A stretch of DNA of 64,000 bases. It comes from Podarcis muralis (Eukaryota). The notes beneath the pieces were generated by a model. The model saw nothing but the letters and a program-made list of their open reading frames with translations, was not told the origin of the DNA and ran no database searches. Both the position numbers and the translations under genes were made by a program. The stretch lies in contig NC_135657.1 in NCBI RefSeq assembly GCF_964188315.1, forward strand, positions 52,824,001 to 52,888,000, written 5' to 3'. Numbering within the stretch: position 1 is the first letter of the stretch; the number at the start of each line of letters is the position of its first letter. Shown here in pieces: positions 37,947 through 48,958 of the stretch.

Positions 37947-38906
37947 AGCAAAATCTTGTACAAGATCATTAAAGAAAGAACACTGTTATTCCTTGATCAT
38001 TTTTGTAGTAACTTCTAGCAGTTTGTTTGCTAATTGCGCCACCACTTAAAATATTCAAGCTCATCAAAAGAAAGTTCTTAGCTCAAGGTTTGCTTAATTT
38101 GGTGAAACTGCTCACTTGTTCTTCAAAAACAGGAATCCTTTATCCAGTGTTCTGAAAGAATACAATCCCTTATAAAACATCAGTATGGGATTACAACCGG
38201 TTCCTTTTGATAACATGTGATTTGCTGCTTACTCTTTCGAGTGAGTTTCAAGGTGTACATAATTCAGAGGGAAAGTCCAAAATAACAGCATTCTCAGAGC
38301 ATTTTATAGACTATGAGTAGAATTCCTCTTCCTCTTCTCCCACTTGCAGCCCCCTTGCAAATCTCATCTGGGGTGTTGCCACTCTACAGAATATCAGGTT
38401 GGTGTGCAAAAGGGGGAGTCCTGTTGTGGAGTGCAAATCTGTTTGTCTTGAGGATGGGCACCATTGAATATTGCCCTGTGTTTGATTAAATGCTGTTGCA
38501 TATATTGTAGCCTACCAAAACCTTGAGTAAAAGGCAATTCGTTTTAGTCTTCCTAACAGCCGATTTTGCAAATGTTTGTTCGCTACAACGTGAGGACTCC
38601 TAATGCATGTCAGCTGCTAAGAACAGTGGGTTAGCTTTCATGATTTTTGTCCTGCTGAAAGTGGAAAAAGGGAAAACAAAAAATACCCTGGAAAGATGCA
38701 TTGCACCAAATGTATAGGATATCAGGTTTGTGGTTAAGTGTGTTTAATATATGTGTGTTTGTCTTCAAATGGGAAGTATCCAATTGTTTGCTACTTCTGT
38801 AGGATGTATTAATAACGGATAATGAAATTATTTTCTAATATTGCTGTAACTGGCTTTCCTTTTTTGTACTGCAGCATTTGATTGGGAATCTGAACTTTGC
38901 TCTCGA

Positions 38907-38912
38907 AATAAA
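38907..38912 (+). terminator. SOD2: Candidate SOD2 polyadenylation signal AATAAA
   Basis: First AATAAA I found after the stop (~960 nt). Earlier ATTAAA variants also occur. Confidence 0.5.
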
Positions 38913-40384
38913 ATCTATGAAGTTACTCTGCTACATGATTTAATATGTTTAAAGGCCCCACAAGGGCCTTAAATATGTGTCTGAGGTGTTCATTATACCA
39001 CAATACCCACAAAAACATCTTTATTCCTTCCCAGCAGCACCCCCACACTACACCCCTGCTTTATGCCCCCCTGATAATATGTGGGGTTAGAGAAGGAAGA
39101 ATTAGATGGTTGAAGACAGATCAGAAGCTAAATGTTTATAATTTAATGGAATTAGTAGTGTTAAAATTTTACCAGATTTGTTTTCTCCAGTTATACTCTG
39201 CAATGTTGATCTTGTAAAATAGCACACCTATTAATCTAAGCTTCTACATCCTCAATTGTTTCCTCACTCATTCCTATAAAGGAGACTGCTGCATGGGCCT
39301 TTATGCATTCTTATAGTCTTCCACACACTTTGAGCTCTATGAATGAGTTACCTAGAAGCTGCATCATTCTACCCTCACACAAAGAGAACACTAGAGTTTA
39401 ATTTAAGCAAATTATAGCAAGTGCATATATGAGCTGTCAAACAGAATTCGAGCCAACAGCTAAATTTTCATCTTACAATGGAAGTGATACAGATGAACAA
39501 ATCTCCAAATGAAAACATGTGAGACCCTTGTGCCTCTTGCATCTTATTGCAACTAAAGACAGTCTAGCTGTGATATGCTTTGGGAGCAGCACCTACAAAG
39601 TCATATTGGGCTACAAGAACACTAACAATTCCCACTTCTGTGGACTCTGGCCTTTCCTTACCTCCCCAACAGTATCAAGGAAGCCAATTCTTCAGTATAC
39701 CTGCAGCCTATGCTGGTCCTGCAATCATCCCTTAAAGCCACAGCCACTGGTTCGCCTCTGCGTGCATCTTCATACTAGTCTCTGCCTTTTCTTTCCCCAT
39801 AATAAATGTGATATAACTGGAAGAACTCCATTTGCAACATCTAACTCGGATTGACTGAATTTTTGAATCCCAATGGATTCTCCATAAAACCATTTGTCTT
39901 GCAAAAGCTTGAGCGTGAAAAGAAAATCAGGTTATTTCTAATGTTATTGTGCAGTCTGGTCCTATGCATATTTACTCACAGGTAACTTAATGGGATTGCA
40001 GCTTTGCAGTGGAGGGAGTTGATGGGTGCTGTGATTATACCCGGCATATAAATTCAGGCCTCGTTTTATGTCATTGCATGTGATCCCAAGAGAAGTATGG
40101 CTTTAATAGGGAAGGGGGTTCTGTTGACTGGAGATCAAATGTGAGGTTTCCATGTTGTGTAGTTATGCCTATAAAGCTGCAATTCTGGGTGAATACAGAA
40201 AAGTAGCCCTTTACCCAAGTAGTTAATCAGGGTGTTCATGTAACTGGCAATCTGGTTGTCTTCTTGTTGTTTAGTCGTTTAGTCATGTCCGACTCTTCGT
40301 GACCCCATGGACCAGAGCATGCCAGGCACTCCTGTCTTCCACTGCCTCCCGCAGTTTGGTCAAACTCATGTTAGGAGCTTCGAG

Positions 40385-40974
40385 CTCTGCCTGCGGACTG
40401 TCTTGCCAGAGTGGTGCATGCTCTGGTTATCTCCCACTTGGACTACTGCAATGCGCTCTACGTGGGGCTACCTTTGAAGGTGACTTGGAAACTACAACTA
40501 ATCCAGCATGCGGCAGCTAGACTGGTGACTGGGGGCGGCTGCCGAGACCATATAACACCGGTCTTGAAAGACCTACATTGGCTCCAGTACGTTTCCGAGC
40601 ACAATTCAAAGTGTTGGTGCTGACCTTTAAAGCCCTAAACGGCCTCGGTCAAGTATACCTGAAGGAGCGTCTCCACCCCCATCGTTCTGCCCAGACGCTG
40701 AGGTCCAGCGCCAAGGGCCTTCTGGCGGTTCCCTCATTGCGAGAAGCAAAGCTACAGGGAACCAGGCAGAGGGCCTTCTCGGTAGTGGCGCCCGCCCTGT
40801 GGAACGCCCTCCCACGAGATGTCAAAGCGATAAACAACTACCTGACATTCAGAAGATATCTTAAGGCAGCCCTGTTCAGGGAAGTTTTTAACGTGTGATA
40901 TTTTAGTGTATTTTTGGTTTCTATGGAAGCCGCCCAGAGTGGCTGGGGAGGCCCAGCCAGATGGGCGGGGTATA

Positions 40975-41019
<45 letters not shown>

Positions 41020-41036
41020 TTATTATTATTATTATA
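40385..41036 (+). mobile_element. L2-clade LINE 3' fragment with (AAT)n tail
   Basis: VHALVISHLDYCNALYVGLP...DHITPVLKDLHWL / VRFRAQFKVLVLTFKAL...RAFSVVAPALWNALP (one frameshift); TCGAG at both junctions. Confidence 0.9.
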
Positions 41037-41177
41037 TCGAGAACACTGTCCAACCATCTTGTCCTCTGTCATCCCCTTCTCCTTGTGCCCTCCATCTTTC
41101 CCAACATCAGGGTCTTTTCCAGGGAGTCTTCTCATGAGGTGGCCAAAGTATTGGAGCCTCAGCTTCAGAATCTGTCT

Positions 41178-41804
41178 GGGCTGCATCAGTAGGAGTATAG
41201 CATCTAGATCAAGGGAAGTAATAGTGCCACTGTACTCTGCTCTGGTCAGACCTCACCTGGAGTACTGTGTCCAGTTCTGGGCATCACAGTTCAAGAAGGA
41301 CACTGACAAACTGGAACGTGTCCAGAGGAGGGCAACCAAAATGGTCAAAGGCCTGGAAACGATGCCTTATGAGGAACGGCTAAGGGAGCTGGGCATGTTT
41401 AGCCTGGAGAAGAGGAGTTTAAGGGGTGATATGATAGCCATGTTCAAATATATAAAAGGATGTCACATAGAGGAGGGAGAAAGGTTGTTTTCTGCTGCTC
41501 CAGAGAAGCGGACACGGAGCAATGGATCCAAACTACAAGAAAGAAGATTCCGCCTAAACATTAGGAAGAACTTCCTGACAGTAAGAGCTGTTCGACAGTG
41601 GAATTTGCTGCCAAGGAGTGTGGTGGAGTCTCCGTCTTTGGAGGTCTTTAAGCAGAGGCTTGACAACCATATGTGACTGCCAAGATAATAAAAAACACAT
41701 TGTCTCAAATGTCAGGAGTGCTCTGATGGTGTTTCCTGCTTGGCAGGCGGTTGGACTCGATGGCCCTTGTGGTCTCTTCCAACTCTATGATTCTATGATT
41801 CTAT
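41178..41804 (+). mobile_element. CR1 LINE 3' fragment
   Basis: [17 protein letters not shown]...[15 protein letters not shown]...[11 protein letters not shown]...[19 protein letters not shown]; (ATTCTATG)n tail. Confidence 0.93.
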
Positions 41805-43936
41805 GTCCTTCCAGTGAGCACTCAGGGCTGATTTCCTTCAGAATGGAGAGGTTTGATCTTCTTGCAGACCATGGGACTCTCAAGAGTCTCCTCCAGCACC
41901 AGAATTCAAAAGCATCAATTCTTCAGCCACCAGCCTTCTTTATGGTCCAGCTCTCACTTGCATATATCACTATTGCGAAAACCATAGCTTTAACTATACG
42001 GACCTTTGTCGGCAAGGTGATGTCTCTGCTGCCACCATCTGCTAGGAGGCAGAGGTGGCAAATGGAACATCCCACCCTATGCTGAATATTCCCTGGAAGA
42101 GAGTCCCCACCTCCACAGATTTCTATTATTAAATGTCAAACTGTAACTCTCTAACTTTACCAGCAGGTGCTGCTGCAGTACCATACTTAGAAAATGGGTT
42201 TGGCTTACAGAAGCTCTTTAATAAGATTGTAGGCCAACACTGTTTTCTTTTAGCTTTCTTTTTGGACCGTTTGGCACACCATCACCCGCTTTATTAGGGG
42301 GAGTTTAGTAAATAGGTTCTACAAGCTGTTTGCCGTATGCATGAGGACACATGATGCAGCTGATGCCAAGGAAGTTTGGGTCTGGACACTGCCTGGATGG
42401 GACACTGTCTTGCGAAGCCCATGCCTTGAGTTCCACGACGGAAGAAAGGTGTGGAATAAATGCACGGAATAAAGGAATTTGACAATATAACAAGGAACAG
42501 TGGAAACTTGCATCTTTCTGAATATTCTGAAGTTATATGGAGAGAGAGAAATGTTATATGGCCTTTATTCAGATTTAAATTCGGTAGGCAGTTCATTAGT
42601 TCATTCTCAGTTAAATTTGAGAAATATTTCTTACTTAATTTCAAAGCCATAAGGACTACTTCCTTGAGTTTGTTTTGGTTGATACCTTGGCTCAGGGTAA
42701 GGAACCTTCTCACACAATATGAAATCACATAGCGCAAGTTGTAGGGGAAATTGGGCAATTTGAAACTACCATGCTACTTCAATTGCTGTTGCTGCTGCTA
42801 CACAAGGAGAAGTGTGTGCTGTATGTGTGACACAATATGCTGTGCTTGGCAATTGGGCAGTGCTATCTGAAAGTGATGCTCCTTTCTTGCAATACTGACG
42901 TGCTAGAGGGGCAGCCCCATGCTCCAGTTCCATGAGGTGGGCTCTCAAAAGTCCCAAGTTGGCTACCTCAGCTCCAAGAAAACCTTTGCAGAGCTCATGA
43001 TGCTGATGGCTCCTGCTGGCATTGGTGGTGATACTGGAAACTGGAACCATTATGCTGGAACTGTTGTGATACAGACTCAGTGCAGCAGAGCAAAGGGCTG
43101 CGCAAGAAAAGGCATGAAGCAGAAATCCACATCGCCTGTGTCTGCTCGTTCCTTTGGTTTGAACCAACAATAGAATCCCCTTTCCTTACCTCTTGCAACC
43201 AATTTAATTGCTTCTTTTCTCCAAATAAAATTATTGTTCGAAATAGGGGTTTGTTATGGCCACCCCGTTTACCAATAAGGTTTTATTCAGTGAAACAGCG
43301 AAAGATACTTCAGATTTGTCCAGATTGTAAACAAATTATTTTGAGGGACTCCAGTATGTAAAAGGAAGCCGACAAATACATAATCTTTGAATCAAGTTTT
43401 TTCTTTTTTAATCTCCTCACCACCCCGCGCTTGTGCTTAACAACTTAACATTTGAGACAATGTGTTTTTTATTATCTTGGCAGTCACAGATACTGATTTG
43501 AAAACTGCTTTGCCTCAGGAAATAATGTGCCTAGCAAAATTTGTGTGCACAGATGACATGACCAAATGCATGGACTCTTGCCAGTAGAGGGAGATCGTTA
43601 TCCACTTCATCTTCTAGTGCAGTTTAAATTATTAGGAATTTTGCTGCACTATGAAGCCCACGTAACTCACTGAATAAATAAGACCATTTTGCTTCATGCT
43701 CACACTTTGTGGAATGCTGTAAAGGACATCATGGTAGACTTTCTCCAAATGCTTTTACAATCTGTGGTGGATAGATAGGGGAAATGGATAGAAGATAAAA
43801 AACACACTTTATAATGGTGCAGTGAGTATTAGGAAGGGGCTATAGCTCAATAGCAGAGCATATATTTTTTATCCAAAAAGTCCAGGCAAAGTGTGATGCT
43901 GGAAGCTGGAAGCAATTTATCAGATTGTGCATATAA

Positions 43937-44072
43937 AATCATAGAACTGTAGAGTTGGAAAGGACCACAACGGTCATCTAGTCCAAATCCTCTTCCATGC
44001 AGGAATCTTTTGCCCAACATGGAGCTCAAACTCGCAACCCTGAGATTAAGAGTCTCATGCTCTAACGACTAA
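43937..44072 (-). mobile_element. tRNA-Lys-derived SINE with CR1 3' tail
   Basis: Minus strand ...TAGAGCATGAGACTCTTAATCTCAGGGTTGCGAGTTTGAGCTCC followed by GGACTAGATGACC...TTCCAACTCTACAGTTCTATGATT. Confidence 0.8.
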
Positions 44073-45220
44073 ACAAGGAAAACAATCAAGACACCTTTTT
44101 TCAGGGAAACTTCTATACCACAGTGTTCATTGTCACTTTTAAAATAAATCAAAATTTGAGTGCATTCCACCTTGTGAGAACAGTATGAACGACCTTTTCA
44201 ATACTATAAGAATAAAAGCAAAACATCCAGCACAAATTATCATGTTAGATATAAGGGCTCTAGTGTTGCCTTTTCCCTGATCTGCTAGTTTTCTGTGTGC
44301 ATCAGAAAGCGCACCATTCCCTTCACACACAATTGTGAGAGAGCTATATGGTCCACATGTTGTTGTTTGGTAATGAACATGTAAATGGATTCAAATATTT
44401 TTGAACATGTACTTAGGTTGAGAATATATACTAACTTCCTCCAACTGGTGCTTCTGTCTTACTTGTTTATTTTAATCGATGCTAAATGCCCACACTGTCG
44501 TGCGCTGCTTCTATACCCTGCCAAATTTGCAAAGTTACGCAAAATCTGAACAAAAAATGAGAAACGAGGAACTGCAAAAGCATCTCTGGGTTAAAGAGTT
44601 TGAAAAATGGACAGGCACATGCAAAACCCAGAGAAAAGAGATATTGTGCACATCTGCACAAGCAGCAATCAGATTTCTTTTTAAAAAATGGGCACAAAGA
44701 TAGCTGCATTTTAGCAGGCTAGACTATTGGTTCACTGAGCCCAGCATTGCCTATTTCTCTGAATGACAGTGGCACTCTGGGGTCTGCGGCAGAGACCTTT
44801 CATATCTGCTACCAAATCATTTTAACCAGAGATACCAGGAGACTGAACCTGGGGTTTTCCTGTATCTTTATGTGTGATACCACTGAGCTGTGGCCTGTGC
44901 TTAAATATTAAATATTAAAAGTAGTGAAAGAAAGAAGCATGACATGGTAGGATTGGTGGGGCTTAGTGCAAAAACATTTGACTATTGAAATATACATTTG
45001 GCCTCTGCTTAAACATTAGGGGACACACAGACAAAAGCAGCTAAGAAGAGGCTGCAAAGGGCAGGATCAGTGAAACGATAAAATATAAGAACCTAGTAAG
45101 AGTCCCACTGGATCAGGCCAAAGGTCCATTTAGTCTAGCATCCTGTAATCACAACGGCAGGTGAGAACATCTCAAAACATTTCTGGTGAGAATTATTGTG
45201 GGGGGGAAACATAATAAAAA

Positions 45221-45309
45221 CCATAGCTCAGTTGGCAGAGCAAGCAACTCTCAATCTCAAGGTCTTGAGTTCAAGCCCCACATGGTCCCTTCCAACTATT
45301 CTATGATTC
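45221..45309 (+). mobile_element. tRNA-Lys-derived SINE, internally deleted, with CR1 tail
   Basis: TAGCTCAGTTGGCAGAGC...GTTCAAGCCCCAC then CCCTTCCAACTATTCTATGATTC. Confidence 0.7.
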
Positions 45310-47385
45310 ACTAATAGATTTTATTCCTTTGATTTTTTTAAAAATATCCAGACTATCAAGAAAATGCATAAATACAGATTTTTAAATGACTAATTGACGA
45401 CTGGGAACCAGGGGTGCGGGGAGGACCAATGATATGAGGCTACAATCTGTCTGTCTTGCTGAGAATAGGTTACATCCTTAATTAATGAATGAAATAGGAA
45501 TTGGGGTTGCTTCGGGCTATGGTTTAACTTCAACAAAAGTGCAGTGAAGCCGCAGCAAGGTACAAGTGTCCATCTGCCTCTAAACTCACTGAGGATTTAA
45601 TTGCATCCTCTTCAGCTGCCTTCCATAGCAAGAGGTTATGTTTGTAGATACATACAGGGTAGAAAGGCTTGTGTTATACAGGACAGAATGGAGTGTGTAT
45701 CTTGGAAGGAGAAAAACCCTTCATTTCTTGCAAAACAAAACACATCTGCTCTGCACAATCCAGCTTTACATCTGGCAAAATAACTTTAATGAGTGCTGCA
45801 CTCTTCACCTGGAGCTGTCATGTTGCCCATTTTCAAGCAACTGGACCTCTTTAGCCTATCTAGGAGGCCTGCTCAAAATTCACCCTTATTTCCTGTTCCA
45901 AACTCAAGGAAGAGGAGGAGTTGCCCACACCAACTTGTTATGTCCTACTTTCAGGCTTCCCAACCAAAGAGTTGGGTTGCCCACTGTGAAAACAGGATTA
46001 GTCACTGGTCTGATCAAGCAGGGAACTTCTCACATCCTTCTTAGCATCAGCAATGCTTTAGAGCAGTTGTACCTCTTACCATCAGGGGAGACGACTTGGA
46101 CCCCAGATCATGGGTGCCCAGCAGCACTGATGTCATGACATCATGGAAGGAACCAGATGTGGCATTGGAGGCTCTGTGAGGGCTAGGACACCACTTCCAA
46201 GCGTTTCCAAGGCCTCAGATGGGACCCAGAAGTCATGTCCAAGGCCCCGCGGAGTGGGCGCTGAGCACCCACAACAATTTTTGTGTGGGTGCCTGGAGCC
46301 CCCAGGGCCCCTGGAGTTGGTGCCAAGTTGTTCCTTGCTTCTTTGTTGGACTATCAGAGTTTAAAGGGTTTTCTTTTTTCCTATGTTCTCCTAAGCTTTT
46401 ATGAGGATTAGTTGAACGGAGCTGCTAAATTTTGGTCTGCAAATGGAAGGTTTTTTTAAAAAAATAAAATCCCTGGCTGTGTTCAGTTTTATCTCATGCA
46501 GTATGTTTGGAGAGATGACTTTGTGAGAAACCAGAGATAATCTCACTTCCAGGAATGGCAACGACCCCAGGCAATTTGTGTAATCCACAAAGCAACTCAT
46601 GTCAAACTAACTTCATTTCTTCTTTCTCTGGGATAAAAACACACACAGAGACACAAACATAAAAGGATGAAATGCGGTGGTGATCAGGTTTAGGTTATAA
46701 ATCTATTAAAGCCACTAAGGTAAGACAAATTAAGGAAAGGTGACACTGAACACAGAAGTCTTCTAGGATGGACCAACAGTTTATTGTTATTATTTTTAGA
46801 AGAGAAATAATGTAAATAAGGGCCTGCTAAGCAGTATTTGATACAAAATGTGCATTTCCCCCTATATATTTCTTGTAAATATTTTTCTGCCTGCCCCCAG
46901 TGGGACACTGTTGTGAGTGCCACATCTCTAAAGAGGGCCCTCCATTTATAGATTGAGGTGGCTTTCCAACAACAATATCATGGTGTATTTGAAATATTTA
47001 TTCAAGACCAAAGCATATGTTACTGTTTTGGAGTTCCAGTGCAAATCTGAGGGATTTAGGGATATATATGGAAGTTTCTGCAAATTAGTTCTGGCCTAGA
47101 TTAAGTTGACTGGGCAACTTTTTAGGAATTTATGGAAGTGGGCACTTTTCAAAAAAAAAAAAACTTGGGGTCTCTTGAGGAAAAAAAATGTGTTTACTGC
47201 ACAGGGCTACCCCCCTGCCCCTGCCTCTTGTCCCGACCGGTGGCTTATTTTGTCTTTGTAAGGTAAAGGCATAGTAACAGTCTGAAAATATTCCAACTTT
47301 CTAGCAACCTCCACGAGCCAACTTGGAGTGGAGCTCTTACTAGCGTGGCAGACTGGAAAGACAGCAATCAATGCCAAATACATTC

Positions 47386-47386
<1 letters not shown>

Positions 47387-47428
<42 letters not shown>
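47387..47428. repeat. (AC)21 microsatellite
   Basis: Direct read. Confidence 0.95.
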
Positions 47429-47429
<1 letters not shown>

Positions 47430-47875
47430 GCTTCTAGCTGCAGTCTACCTATAAACGTTCAAGCCTGTTTTAATTCCTGGAGTTGGCCAAAATGTGTCAT
47501 TTTGGACCAGGCAACTGATCACATCCTTGACAAAGTAGGCAATGGAATAACTGCAAATTATTCTTTGCTTGTTAAACCCAGAGAAGCTAGCCTTATAAAA
47601 AACGAAGCAGCATATAAATGGTTATGTCTCCATTTTGAACCGCTGATGCCTTTAGGAACATTCTAGGGTGCCCTTCTCCAGCTTGGTATCTTTCAAGAGA
47701 AGTGCATCCGGCTTCACTTTGAAAGATGTAGGCGGGACCCCTGTGCCTGAACCTGCTTTTCTTGAGAAGGCAGTCTGAGGAAGTGAGGCAAATAGCGGTG
47801 AGAATAAATGAAGTTCTAGGCCTTATTGACTGGGTCTGAGTGGCCATCCACCTGAGCATTTCTAAATAACATATA

Positions 47876-48113
47876 CAGTGGTTCCTCGAGTTACAAACGC
47901 CTCAGGTTACAAACACTTCAGGTTACAAACTCCGCTAACCTGGAAGAGTTACCTCATTGAGAACTTTGCCCCAGGATGAGAATGGAAATCGTGTGCTGGT
48001 GGCGCAGCAGCAGCAAGAGGCCCCATTTGCGAAAGCACACCTCTAGTTAAGAACATTTTCAGGTTAGAACAGACCTCCGCAACAAATTAAGTTCATAACT
48101 AGAGGTACCACTG
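47876..48113. mobile_element. Mariner/Tigger-like MITE (CAGTGGTACCTC family)
   Basis: CAGTGGTTCCTCGAG ... CTAGAGGTACCACTG, TA flanks. Confidence 0.85.
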
Positions 48114-48725
48114 TATATGCAATTGCTTATCTTCTAATAAAAGTATGTAACTTGACCATAAGATCAGTGTACCTACCCAACGGCTGGGAAGTGGCCAATA
48201 ATATCCATTTCAAAAATGGGATCCAGAGGGTATTTGGAGAATCATAGGCCACTTAGCTTAACATCTGGGAAAACTGATGGAAAACATTATTAACAATAAA
48301 GTTATCATATCGAAGATCAAGTCTTGCTGATGCAGAACTTTTGACAGAGTACCGCATCCAAGAGCTTGACTAAGCTGAGTTGTCAAGGAATAAGAATTAT
48401 GAATCAGCAATAGGTTAAGGAACAGGAAGCAGAGAGAAGGAATAAGTAAGTGGGGACCTGACAGAGGAGAATAAGATTGTGTATGATGTGTAGAAAGTGG
48501 ATAGGAATAATTTCCCGTCACAATACTGGAACTTTGAGACACCCAATGATGCTGAATGTTGGAAGATTTGGGACAGACAAAATGAAGTGCTTCTTCACAT
48601 AGGACAAAGTTAAATGATAGAATTAGCTCCCACAAGATGTAAGGATGGCCACCAGCTTGGGATGGCTTTCAAAGAGGATTAGACAAAAATTCATGGAGAA
48701 GTTATTGATAACTGCTGACCATGAT

Positions 48726-48958
48726 ACAGATAGGTAGCCGTGTTGGTCTGCCATAGTCAAAACAAAAAAATTCCTTCCAGTAGCACCTTAAAGACCAACT
48801 AAGTTAGTTCTTGGTATGAGCTTTCGTGTGCATGCACACTTCTTCAGATACACTTCTGTTTCAGTGTATCTGAAGAAGTGTGCATGCACACGAAAGCTCA
48901 TACCAAGAACTAACTTAGTTGGTCTTTAAGGTGCTACTGGAAGGAATTTTTTTGTTTT
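48726..48958. mobile_element. Penelope-like element remnant: inverted pseudo-LTR pair
   Basis: 13-bp TSD TGCTGACCATGAT (48713-48725 and 48959-48971); perfect 96-bp inverted arms 48759-48854 / 48863-48958. Confidence 0.75.
48866..48903 (+). ncRNA. Minimal type-I hammerhead-ribozyme-like motif (mirror copy on the minus strand in the left arm)
   Basis: GTAT-CTGAAGA-A-GTGTG CATG CACAC-GAAA-GC-TC-ATAC: CUGANGA core, stem II, GAAA, palindromic AGCU helix III, UC cleavage site, 4-bp stem I. Confidence 0.65.

Larger units (their letters stand above)
40256..42030 (-). mobile_element. RTE/Bov-B 3' fragment split into three pieces (40256-40384, 41037-41177, 41805-42030)
   Basis: The three pieces are collinear with the intact copy at 29219-29676 once the L2 and CR1 inserts are removed. 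Confidence 0.88.

Noticed and set aside
40906-41676. 256-aa ORF as a standalone gene
   Set aside because: Chance fusion of an L2 tail (poly-Asn from AAT), antisense Bov-B and a CR1 ORF2 fragment.
42294-43361. Cluster of 130-150 aa ORFs
   Set aside because: No recognisable domains or exon structure.
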